Assembly: GCF_964204645.1 (NCBI RefSeq)
Contig: NC_134035.1
Location: forward strand, 11,316,451-11,380,450
Reading direction: 5' to 3'
Length of the DNA stretch: 64,000 nucleotides
Source: Tubulanus polymorphus
Taxonomy: Eukaryota; Animalia; Nemertea
Each line of letters starts with the position of its first letter. Position 1 is the stretch's first letter. The position numbers and the translations under genes were made by a program. Of this stretch, positions 44,290 through 56,900 are shown in pieces. The notes under the pieces were generated by a model. The model saw only the letters and a program-made list of their open reading frames with translations, did no database searches and was not told where the DNA came from.

Positions 44290-44940
44290 ACAATTCTCCC
44301 ACCTTGTAAACTTTCGGACTAGTTACATGAAAAAAAGACCAAATATTGTAAAATATAGTTATTTCCAAAATCTCGATGTATTAAATTAGGCAGAAAAAAA
44401 TAGATAAAATTATTCAACCTTGTAAACTTTCGGACTAGTTACATGAAAAATAGACCAAAAATTGTAAAATATAGTTATTTCCAAAATCTCGATGTATTAA
44501 ATTAGGCAGAAAAAAATAGATAAAATTATTCAACCTTGTAAACTATCGGACTAGTTACATGAAAAAAAGATCAAATATTGTAAAATATAGTTATTTCCAA
44601 AATCTCGATGTATTAAATTAGGCAGAAAAAAATAGATAAAATTATTCAACCTTGTAAACTTTCGGACTAGTTACATGAAAACAATACCAAATATTGTAAA
44701 ATATAGTTATTTCCAAAATCTCGATGTATTGAATTAGGCAGAAAAAAAGTTAACCCCAATCAGTCACTTAATATGTGCTTCGACTATTTAAATGGTGAAA
44801 ACGACCAAAAAAAATTGAAGTTAGACAAAATTATTAAACGTTGTAAACTTTCGGACTAGTTACATAAAAAAAAGACCAAATATTGTAAAATTATCTTCAA
44901 CCTTGTAATATAGTTATTTCCAAAATCAGAATTAGGCAGA
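44290..44940. repeat. Tandem array, 116-bp unit, 4 full copies plus partials
   Basis: Unit CAACCTTGTAAACTTTCGGACTAGTTACATGAAAA...CCAAAATCTCGATGTATTAAATTAGGCAGAAAAAAATAGATAAAATTATT. Confidence 0.95.
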
Positions 44941-45004
44941 CTAAAAGATTGTTAGAATGAACCGGAACCGAATTACCAATTATGTTCTTGGACTTAAGAT
45001 CTGT

Positions 45005-46468
45005 AAGAACGACCGCCGATCACGCAACTATATCTGTACTTCGACTTCCGATTTTGAAAAAAACCACCGTTTCGCTCCTGGCAGGTGTGGTAGGTTTGTA
45101 AGGGACACCAACTTGAAATGTCAAACAAGAGCTTGAGGTCAACAACTCATCAAAGATCTGCCGATTAGAGAACAGTGCACAGAAACCAACCGACTTAGGA
45201 GATCCTCGTCGATGATGAAACCAGCAATCATAAAAGGTAACTTGATACACATGGAGTTATTACGATGATTTCTAAATGTCGTGATTACAGGATATATTTC
45301 TTTACTCATTGCAGCTAAGTTTTAACTATAAGAAAGAGACCAGCTTAAAATCAACTACTCATCTGAAATCTACGGATTTGAACAACCCACAGAAGACTCT
45401 AACTCATTAGATGGAAATTACCGGTATATAGAAATTTCAGGCCTCATATGAATATCATTTGATAAGTGATTATCATCGAAATCTATTTACCTGTCCACAT
45501 GGCTGATCTTAGAACTTTTATCTTTACTAGTCTTACACCTTGGAGTAATAAATTTTTCAAATGATTACTCCAAGCTTAAACATTGATGAACTAGTCCTAC
45601 TACTGCAATTATTTATTGGGGTTTAAATCGGCAATTGACGTCAATGAACCTAATTCTGATTTTGGAAATAACTATATTAACTAAGTGAAAAACACGGTGG
45701 CTTGTAATTTGAAATGACATGTAAGTTATGATAAATCTGTCTAAAATGTTTTGTTTTCTTCACTTTGTTTCAGTCAAACTACATCCCGGAAATAATGGTC
45801 TGAAGAAGACACCCACAACGATTACTGATTGACCCATTTGCTGATGAAAACTGCAGAAGCCCAAATGAGAAGTTTAGGGACCAGCGACGGATTAATCACT
45901 CAACGATGGATTCTTCTACAATCGGTGATTTCTATAAAACATTTTATCAGGAGCCGCAGAGACAATAGTGAATCTTATAAACACTGATTCAAGCGACAAA
46001 GCTAATGGATTATCTCATAAACACTGATTCAGGATAAACACTGTTTTAAAAGCAGCAAAGACAATAGTCTATCTTATTAGGAGCAGCATAGATAATAGTG
46101 CTTCTAAACACTGAGATCCAGGAGCAGCGAAGATAATAGCGGAATTCTGTAGTAAAGTATTGATTTTTTTGCTTATCACCTTTTTCAAACCAGTCTGATG
46201 GATAATATAGTGTTTTCGAGGAAACTATTGATAATGTTTATGCAATGTGAGAGTCTAATAAAAGCTAAGCTCCATTAATGCACGATTTTGGTCTTTGATC
46301 TTTGGTCAATAGATAAGTCGAGTTAAGTTAGTCACTAGGGGTAAATGGTCGTGTTGAGTGCCTAGTTTTGACTTGTAGGTCTCTTGAGTTAACTCCTAAA
46401 CTGAGATATAGTTTCAACATGAATTGTGAGTTTAATCTTCCAACTTACCATAGTTAAACATAGTCAAC
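45005..46468. repeat. Segmental duplication copy 2
   Basis: Paralogous to 40135-41371, with extra insertions at ~45536-45574, 45649-45679 and ~45950-46110. Confidence 0.9.
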
Positions 46469-49400
46469 TGTGGCTATTTGTCTGTGTAGATATCACATAG
46501 TTAGGAAACATAGAACATAACGTTAGACCAGTGTTGATGTACAAATATTAACTATTTGCTGAATTGTAGATGTACTAATTTGATGGCATTGATATTTTCG
46601 GAAGGCCCATGTAACCAATTTGACAAATTTGAAATCGTAGATTTCGATTTTCACATTGACCTTTAAGCCTCCATCAATCTGTTTGATGATCATAGCTACG
46701 TATTTAAAAACTAAAGCTTTATCTGAAAGGAGACCATCATTACATTTGAGAGGTAAAGCTAGGAATAACGAGACATAAAATTATAGCTAGGACTAATTTG
46801 TAACGTTTTAACATTGTTTATAGCTGTATGAACTTCTTTTATTATAATTGGGAAATCCATATCACGAGATGGCTCACGTGAATAATCACTTAGCTTCAAA
46901 TTGGGTGTATAATGATTATTAAGGAGTGGCAGTGAATCGGTAGCGCTTTTTTTTAAATGGGCCCCAGGACTTTACAGTGAAAAAATGCCTGCAGTTGTAA
47001 ATAGAGGAGTATAAATAATACATAACTACAAACTACAAGTACATAAATTAATTCTAAAAAATAAAAAAAAACCAATAAATATTAAATAGAATAAACAACA
47101 ATATAAACAAACAACTAATTAAAATTCTATTTACATGAAAAGGCATTTTTTCAAATATTTATCAACAAGGTTCTTCATTTATCGAACAACCTTCCCTAAG
47201 TATAGCGAAAACCCGAGATCTTTTCTGTTGTTATTCAAAGCATTCTATCAACTCAGTTATTGTAATGAACAAAACAAATAACCATAAACCTTAACTAAAT
47301 CGAAAACATTTAAAAAAATAACTGATATGATAGAATGCTGTGAATAACTGTGATGAAAGATCGACCCGTCCTTTCAACTAGCCGCGCTCAATCACTGCTG
47401 TGACTGTTTATTGTTATACATGGGTAGACTTACTGTCTAAAATCTGGTAAATACTTTTTACTTTCTTAAAAGAATGTGAAACAGCTATAAACTTAAGTTA
47501 TTGATGTTATTGATTAGTTACCGAATGAATAATTACGTTGATCTTTTCAAAGCTGGAAGAAAAAACGTCAGAATACTTAGTATGTAATGTCAAGGTGTTA
47601 GGTAATCTTTAAGTCGGGGCAAAGTTGGCAAAATTCTAGATTTCTAGTGAAAGTAATGATTAATTGATACTAAGAGTCCCAGAGTGAATCTGAGTTTCTC
47701 ATCTCTAGTTTTAATGCTTTTATGTTGGAGACTGTTATTGTGACACATTTTGCATGTTTGTTAATTAGGAACTTGCATGATAATTCCTTGATTAAGATAA
47801 TATTGTTGTGTGAATAAAACGATGTACATTTTCATCATTCATGTTGAAACATTTCAGTTGTTAAGTTTTATAGCAACAATTTTACTTTAGTGCTTTTCAG
47901 TGGTTCATGAAATACTGATTTAATTAAGGGCCTGTCGAAATAGCAGCAGTTTCTTGATAACTTGAGGATACAGTGCTAATTGGTCAATTGTTCTAGCTTT
48001 GTTTTGATTATCGGTTTAACCATGTCTGTTTAGGTAGGGCCTGTAATATCTGGACTCGAAGAATTTCTGATCTTTATATAGAGTTGTATTTATATCTACT
48101 ATCAAGTTGAATAATATAATTGAAAAGTTACTGTCGCTTTGTCAGTTACCATATATTTGTTTGGAGATACTCGATTTATCTTGAATTGTCACAAAGAAGA
48201 AAAACCTTTATAATAGTTTGCAGGGTTTGATCTAAGCAGGGAAGTGTAATGAGAGTATCATTACTTCCTTGATGTAAGGAATAAATGCCTCTTGACCCTC
48301 AAAATCAATTTGTCCTACATGAGCAGTGCGATTGTGACACATTCATCCCTTGCATCGAGTGGGCAACTTTTTCACTGTGGTGCTTTTCAGTGGTTCATAA
48401 AATAGTATTTTTATTAAGGTCCTTATGGAAAATAGAGGAGCAGTCTCTTGTGATAATATGAAGTGTTAATTGGTAGATTGTGCTAGCTGTATTCAAATTG
48501 ACTGGTGAACAATTTTATTTTGTTGATTGCATATAAGAGGATACTTCTAAAATACACTCTGTATTAAATGTAACATATGAGAAAATAAGCAATTTGATCA
48601 TGTCTGATGAAAATTAAAATCAATGTCTGTTTAGTTAATCCATAAGCCTTCCAGTTTGAATTTGTGTTTTTATCTCTGGTTTTTATGTTGGAGACTTTTT
48701 TTGAAATACAGGTCATGTTTCCTCAAGTATATACACACCTGTCATTTAGGTATAATTGTTGTTGTGGGATAAAACGACATACGTTCATGTCAATTGTTCA
48801 TAAAACACTGATTTATTAAGGTCCTATCGAATATAGTTGAGCTTTTTCTTGATAATTGAGGAGATATCCCAGTCTCCTCAATCCTCATCCTCAATCTCGA
48901 TGTCATTTGAAAAGTTGACGATAGATCCATTTCATGAAATATAACAAAGTGTCTGTTATATTGACCTTATGAATTGTCAAATTCATAATCCTCGACATTC
49001 AGACTAGGCCAATTGTTGGTGTTTTATGCATCAAAGTTAATAATTCTTTGTGTATTTTGTTATTTTCCTATTGATGCAAATTGTATAAATCAGCTGTATT
49101 GGAAATGTATTGTAGATATAAAAGACTTCGAAATACCTTAGGCCTACATGTAACTTTTGTGGTTTTAAAGTTGGTACAATTTCATACATAGTAATAGAAA
49201 TAAAATTACTATTAAAATTTGAGAAAATAAAGTTAATTATATGATATGTGAAAATAAAATGATGTAAGAATGTAAATCAGATTGATTACTTAATCCTACG
49301 CTTTCCAGAGTATTTACCCAGGTTTATCTCTGGTTTTAGTGCGGGGGCCATGGGCTATTGAGTCCATGGTTGGGCCATAGACTTTTTTGTATTAGAGGTC

Positions 49401-49959
49401 TATCGTTGGACCATGTATGTATAAACTCTTGTTAATAGTTTATACGCACATGGTGGTTGGACTAGTTGTTTTTGAAATACAGTCCACGTGTTTGAGGAGC
49501 TTACATAATAATCTCTCGAGCACAAACCTGGCATTTTGTAAATTTGTTGTATGAGAATAAATTTGATTGATCTTAAAATTTGTCTCCTGGATCGAGGCAT
49601 AAATCAATTTAAGGTAAACTGAATTATTGAAGAATTTGAATCGTTTTAGGAGTTAAACCTTTTTATGAAACTGGGCCGTGGGCATTGTTGTTGACCAATC
49701 AGTTTCACCCAGGGATCCCAATGGTATTTTATTCCACAAGGGCTCGTATCCAAGTTTTAGTTAGTGTAAATAGGCGTCCAGTGCCACCATGCCCGCTTGG
49801 AAGTGGTTTCAAATGCTAGCACATCTAACAATTTTAATATTCAACGCCCCCTGGTGACCATATACAAACCAATAACCTTGGCAATCAAAAATACTTGTCT
49901 CGGGTATGAAACATCCCTTTCCAAAGAATACCCATCACTAATTGCAATGAGAAATGGCA

Positions 49960-50410
49960 AACCAGTAGGAAGCTACAGGACTCTGAATTCGGGCCAAAAT
50001 TGACATTTTTGGGCACGAAAAAGATCATAGGATGGCCATATTTAGTCTGATCGACCCAATTTTTCTTAGGTTGATGGGGCCCTTGGGAGATTCAATTATA
50101 TAGGAAAGATCAAGGTAATTGATCAAAGCGTTTTCAAAATTTCCCTCAAAAAGTTCAAAAATGTGTAAATAGTGCCGATTTTGGTGAACAACAATGGCTG
50201 CCAGTCGGCCATCTTGATTCTGAAAGGGCCAGTTTTTGGGCTGAAGATGTGTCTAGGGTAGATACATGTGTAACCCAAATATCAAAGCATTACATCGAAG
50301 CGTCTTCATAACTTGCCAAAATAACTAGATTCTGTCTACGGATGGAGGACGAATGAAAAGTGAATGCAAATAGCCCCCTGGGGGACTAAAGTACCAAGTG
50401 AGCTAAAAAC
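49960..50410 (-). mobile_element. Non-autonomous Helitron/HINE-like repeat fragment
   Basis: Minus strand starts TTTTTAGCTCACTTGG... and contains CAAGATGGCCGACTGGCAGCCATT, motifs recurrent in such marine-invertebrate repeats; recognised by resemblance only. Confidence 0.45.
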
Positions 50411-50946
50411 GTCAGATCTATTCACTACTTATAATTTATTGATTTGAAATTGTTGACAACTGTAGATATAAAGAGAATGCACTGTAAAAAGAACTTGTAA
50501 AAATCGCCTCGTGGCAAACCTTATAACCAGGTTTTATATCCCCAGTATCTCTCTTACTGCTGACTTATATTGGCCATGAATGAGACAAAATTGACTCAGC
50601 CAGAGATAAAAGAGCAGGGGTGGATCCAGGGGGGGGGGCTTGTGAGATTTGAAGTCCATCAAATTTGCCTTTTTCCATTCTGTCAGTGCCGCAAGTGTCC
50701 GGCAATATTCCCTCTGTGGACATCAAAGTGCCCTTTTGGGATGTGAAAAGTTCTTCAATATTGGCCTCTGGATCCATCCATCCCTGCTGAGTTTTAAATC
50801 ATCAAATAGTGGACGTTTACTCGGTTACCCAAATGAACATACATTTTACAACTTTAATCAGGTCTACAATTCCTTCTAAATCAAGTCAGAGTTCATACTA
50901 ATGCAGTTGTGGACTGCGAAAGCTTCTTTTCAATTTCTGCACAGTT

Positions 50947-53900
50947 TTACACGGAGATACTGCCTTCTCGGAAATTCGTTTTACCGATCAACGTATTGAT
51001 CAACACGGGTCGACCGTTTTTAGCGTCTTGCTGAGCGTTTCGAAGGATTTCTTCAATTCGTTCGTCGTCGTCGCGAGACAGCAGGTAACCTTTACCGCCG
51101 AAACCTTCGGCGATCTTATGATAATCGGTATACTGAAAAACAAAAACGTAAACCGCCACTTTTCGTAATCTTTCATTACATTTCTGATAATAATAATAAT
51201 CAATTGGTTGACTGGGCATCTAACAATGTACTCTCGAGGTTTCCCTAAAACAACTCAAAGTACAGTGAAAATTGAAAATAAACTATGACTCTTGAGTTAA
51301 CTCATCGAGCTGATGAACTGATTCTAACTCATACACTCTATCAACTCATCTAACTCTTCACTGTGGAAATGATATAATGGGCTTAAATCTACTAGATTTA
51401 GATTCTAAAGACGTCTCGAATTGTTAATTTGGCCAATATGGGTTTAGATTGATGTTTAATTTAAGGCAGATTTCGATTGGTCTTCTATACGCTCTACCGA
51501 TTTCACAATCCGTAAACCTGATAGAAGTGGCCCCTGATATTACAGTACACTTGTACAGACTCTATCTTGAAGTTCATATTCAGATTCATTACGAATTTCA
51601 CTTTCGCTAGTTCAATTACTTACAGCTAATCCACAGGCGACATTTGAACCGAACATCGGAATTTGTTCGCGAGATATTTGACTCCAACAAGCGTCATTAC
51701 CGACTAGTGCTATTACGGGTAACTAAAATATTGAAATAAAGCAAAAACATTACATTTATAATGAAACAAAATAGACAATATGCGGTAGATCTTAATTAAT
51801 TACCTTAAATCGTGTAAATGTATCAAATTCAGCTAAACTGTAACCGAGAGCTCCATCACCGTATATCATCCATACTTCACTGTCCGGTCGACACAGCTTA
51901 GCACCGAGCGCAAAACCACCTCCGACTCCGAGTGTACCGAATGCTCCGGGATCCAACCATCGCAGCGGTCCTCTCGGCCTAAACGGAAGATAAAACATTT
52001 CATTTTGTTTTCAGTTGGAGAAGACAGGTATAGGTTGGGCAGCAACGAAAGTGAAACCTTTTTACTCCAGAATCAACCCTTCAGATATTCACCATTTTTG
52101 AGTGAAGCTTTGATGATCAGTTTTTTATTTAAAGACATAAAATGTTTAGTTAGTTGATAATTGGTAGTGATTGGGCTGCGGCTGCTATGCATCTCCTGTA
52201 CTCTGGTCCTAGAGGCAGTGCGAATTATATCGAATTACATTGAGCAGGCTGTCAAAAGGGGGCGGTGTAGCTAACCTCAATATGTACGCTGCAGTACCAA
52301 CGAAGTCTCCACCATCAGCGACAATAATGCTATCTTCATCCATTAATTGTTCAGCAGTATGCAACACTTTTATCGGATTCAGGTGATTTTCTGTTTGTTC
52401 TTTAGCTTTAACTCTGAAAAACGTACGAATTCTATCATCATATCGGTGGCCACCAATCAGATACTGACAGCTCAGATTTTCCGAACCAAAAAGTCCATAA
52501 AGATCTGATAGTAAGCATGAATACCCGGTATTCATTTTTGCAATCACACTTGGCTTCTCCTTGTGGTATTTTCTACATAATAGCCAAAAGCTTGTTTATG
52601 TTTTAATATTCAGTTTCACGAAGCATTGTGGATGGATATTTTACTTTCTAGTTCAATAATACAGAACTCTATGAAACTTTCTACACTTTCTACATTTCCA
52701 CTTTTTAAAATGAATCTACTCATCTACTCTTGTACTGACTCATTTTTCTGGTCGACCTCGCGTTCTCTGTTTTGGAGCATTCTTGGCCATTCCGGATCAC
52801 ATTTATAATCTTTCAGACTTTTCGCCAGAGCCGTTATGAAGTGGGCCGCATCGCCTTGAATCGCTACAGTCGGTTTCCAAAACATATCTGAATTCTGAGA
52901 GAAAACAACACTAGATCAAGTCTCGACTGATGTAATTATAGTCTAAGATTTTTTCATTTCTCGGATGTCTTTGTTCTACATTCAAAATGAATTTGATGAG
53001 TGATATCAAAAATTCATTATGAATTTTTGGCGATAGATTGTAGAAACATTTCAGTATTACCCCTAGATCTCTGTGTAACTGTCATCTCTCCCAGAGGAGA
53101 AATGATATTGGTATCATTACCACTAGCCTATATAACTAACTGTGTATCAGTCATCTCTCTTTCTGGAGAAGTGTTCATATTATAACCCCCTAGCCTATCT
53201 AAATCACTGTGGATCAGTCATCTCTCCCTGGAAAGAAGTGATGTTGGCATCCCTACCCCTAGCCTATATCTCCTAAGTAGAGAGAGAGAGACAATGAGGA
53301 CAGGTGCCTTAGGACACTAGGTAACATGCAGGGCTTGGCCCACGGCCTAGCATCCCAGAGTCTAGTCTAGTACCTAGCCATAGTTCCCCAAACAACGAGG
53401 GTTGTAGGGAACCCGTAACAACGACTGGTATTCAGACTACCCTTAGTCAAATGATCTAACGAGTCAAATGATTCGACCACATAGCGGAGATAATTCTGAA
53501 TAGGTTTCATAATATCTTACTTTGTGAAGTTGTTCATGATCTCTGTTGACTGCGATTATCTTCGACCTTTTACTCAAAACTCGTCCATAAGATAAACGGA
53601 AATCACAAATAGCACCTGAAACGAGAAAACCATCAGACAACTTGTTATTCATAGCGACGAACAGTAAGAGAATACTGATAAAAAGAATAATTAGCTTAGT
53701 CTATGTCTGAAGCGGGTTTTGATAATTACCAGCTAAAATTACTACATCCGCCTCTTTTAAAGCGTCACGTCGTTTCTGCCTGGCTTGTATCGGACTGTTT
53801 CGCCCTAGAAGACCACGTGCCATTCCACCCAGGAAACACGGTATTCCCATAGCCTAAAATAGGAAATAATAGCCCTAATATTAACATACGTACATACACT

Positions 53901-56900
53901 ACCCGACATTTCAGATTTCATAAGTTTAGAATTTTGATTTTGATTCCGTAGATTTAGTAATATGATCATTGAGACTCTGAATGCATCTACCACGCCCAGT
54001 TAAATGATGAATATACAGCAGTCATTTCCTTAATCAGTACAGCTCAACTTAGTAAACCACTCTACTCGGTGCAGATTTACTAAAATATTTATTTGAAACA
54101 CGCTACAGAGCAAGGCAGATCGTTATGTACATGTTCTAGGGTACCTCTAATGCAGCTCGGAGTTCATGCACAGATGTTGGGGGTAGTGTAGCTTGACTGC
54201 CGATCAAAATCAGAGGCTTTTTCGCCTTAGCCACGATGTGCGAACACTGTTGAACTGTAAAAAAGATAAATGATAATCAGCACTCGATTTCATTTCAACA
54301 GGATTGGGTGCGATAAATTAATGATGTTTGAGTTACACTAATATGAATTCATAACTGCATAACGACAAGTTTTCGATTGAATTTGAAGTTTCCAGCTAGT
54401 TCCATTTACAGCAGGCTCCGGTTAACTAGAAGTTGGATCTGATTAATTAGGATAACTGTTTGTGTAATTCTGATCATACATGTATAAATTACCCGCCATT
54501 CAACTCGGATATCGCCCAAGTCGGACAAATTTTGGGCGGAGTCTACTGCTAGTTTGCCTATCAGTACATGAACTTGGTTATAACGAACGAACTCATTTCA
54601 AAGTTGGAAGATATCTCCTTGAATTATCAAGAGGTTATCTAATGAAACATACCTTGAGATTTCGTAGCTCTCGGTATATCTACCGGCAGTGGTTTAACAT
54701 CTCTCGGTTCCCATGCACCGGCGAAAAGATTATTCAAATGATTCTGTAAATACCTTCAAACAAAAATAAATATTTTGCACATTAATGCTATTCGTAACTA
54801 GTTGCAATAGAAAGTATGAAGGATTTAAGCAGAAATTATACCAGTTTATAATTCGTTGAATAAAAGAAACAGGTCCGCCATCTTTCATTCCAATTTCTTT
54901 CTTGACAGTCGGGTAGGGATAAAGCACGTCGATCGGAAATTCAACGAATACTGGACCTGCGACGACAGAGGAAACACAACTTAGTTTAACATCTAACTTT
55001 TCACCTATCATTAAATTCACTCTCAAACAGTTCGCACGGGCCAATGGATCATATCGAATTATAGACAGTCACTCAGTCTATGGAAATCCATACCCGGTAT
55101 CTGATGTTCATAGAACTATGTTATTGACAACTGTCTCCTATTTCTTGTCAAAATTGGTAGAATTTTTTACCCAAAACTTAGATTCGATGTCATGCTACTT
55201 ACCAGGTGTTCCGGACTGAGCTAACTGCAAGGCTGTACGAAGCGTTGGAATAATTTCTTTCAGCGATTTGATCGTCGCTGTATATTTACAAAGCGGTTTG
55301 AACAGCGACATTTGATCGATGTCCTGCAACGCTCCGCGACCTTTTAGCAAAGTGGCGGCGGCGCCCCCGATTAACAGTACCGGCGTTTCGGCCATCTGAC
55401 AGTTTTTGATAGCCGTTACTGTGTTCGTTAAACCTAAACGAAGGAGAAAATATAATAAAGAACGAAGAAATAGATTGGGATGATCCATTAAGAACTAGAA
55501 CCTATCCCAGACCAGAAAACTGTAGTAGTTTTCACCAAAATTGAGAGTACAGTCAACCCCCGATATACCGCCCTCCCATTTACTACCACCACTGCCTACC
55601 CCAAGGATTTCTCAATGTACATCTCAATACAAATGCATATCAAAACACCCCTGATATACTGCCATACTCTCTATACCACCAAAATCGTTCTGCACCGATG
55701 TGGATGGTATATAAGGGGTTATATGTAATTCGATATCAAAAATAGTTTAATCTTGTCCTAACTGATCTTCTGGAGCCGGTTTTATAGACTGGATTAACTT
55801 AAGCCCGGGGTTAACTCAACTCGATTTCAACTGAGTTAACCCTGGGTCATGTTGATACCAGTCAATAAAACTGGTCACTGAATCTCATTAAATTTGACTC
55901 CAGAGCTAAATAAGCTCATTTACTATCATTACACCTATTGCAACTTTGATTCTAATGCTTACTTGCCAGTTTGGATGAGAGGGGAGTTGATGACTAAGGT
56001 ATGATAGTTAAATGTACGAACCTGGTCCAGCAGTCACAGCCACAACTCCTACCGTTCCAGATAAACGCGCAACAGCGTCGGCTGCAAACGCGGCGGTAGC
56101 CTGAAAGAAAAACCAAAAAAAAGGTCTTATGCATAAAAATCTAAACATCAGGTGCTGTTTAATGAGTTAAAGCAGAATTTGAAACAGGCCATTAACCCAA
56201 TATAAGCCAAAGTTATTGACGGATGAGTAGAATCGCTTATTCTTATTTGACAGCTCGCCATTAACCAAGTTACACCTATTTCCTCATCTAGAGAACGTTT
56301 TTTCAAAATATTGAGATTTTCATATTTTTACTTTTTTTACAATCACGAAGAACAATAGATTTCTATTTCACAAATCTTTGAAATATTTCATTGCATTGGC
56401 TGGGAGAAAAAATGGTTACTATTTAAGTAATACACGTGTACAGGCCTCCCAGCTATGTCATTTCTTATAACTTATAGTCTTTTTTCTGGACTGCATCTAG
56501 GTCTATATCTATATTTTGTTATCAACCTAGTATTCCAGAAGATGACTGAACGAATCAATATGTCAGTTATTGTTGTAGGCCTACCTCGTGACGTGTATCA
56601 ATGATTTTGATGCCCAGTTTTTCCGACGCGACCAAAATCGGCGAAATATGACCACCGCATAACGTGAATATGTACTTTATACCATGACTCTAGAAAAACA
56701 GAAGAAATCAAATTTAGCTTAAAACCGATGATTCAGATCCAGAACCAGCTTCTACAGTTCTCTGTTGGCCAAAATTTGACCTCAGAAGGTTTAATTCTAA
56801 GAGTTCAAATTTGTCTATTTCTTGATACCGGTACAGTCAATGTCATTTATAAGGCTAAACAAAAATGATACCTTGTTTCTCCGCAGCGGCCGGGTCATTT

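Noticed and set aside
39289-44940. CRISPR-like array with a constant 21-bp repeat
   Set aside because: Intervening sequences are near-identical within each array, there are no cas genes, and the context is eukaryotic.
47350-47410. C/D box snoRNA (GTGATGA)
   Set aside because: No properly placed CTGA D box or terminal stem, and no recognisable rRNA guide.
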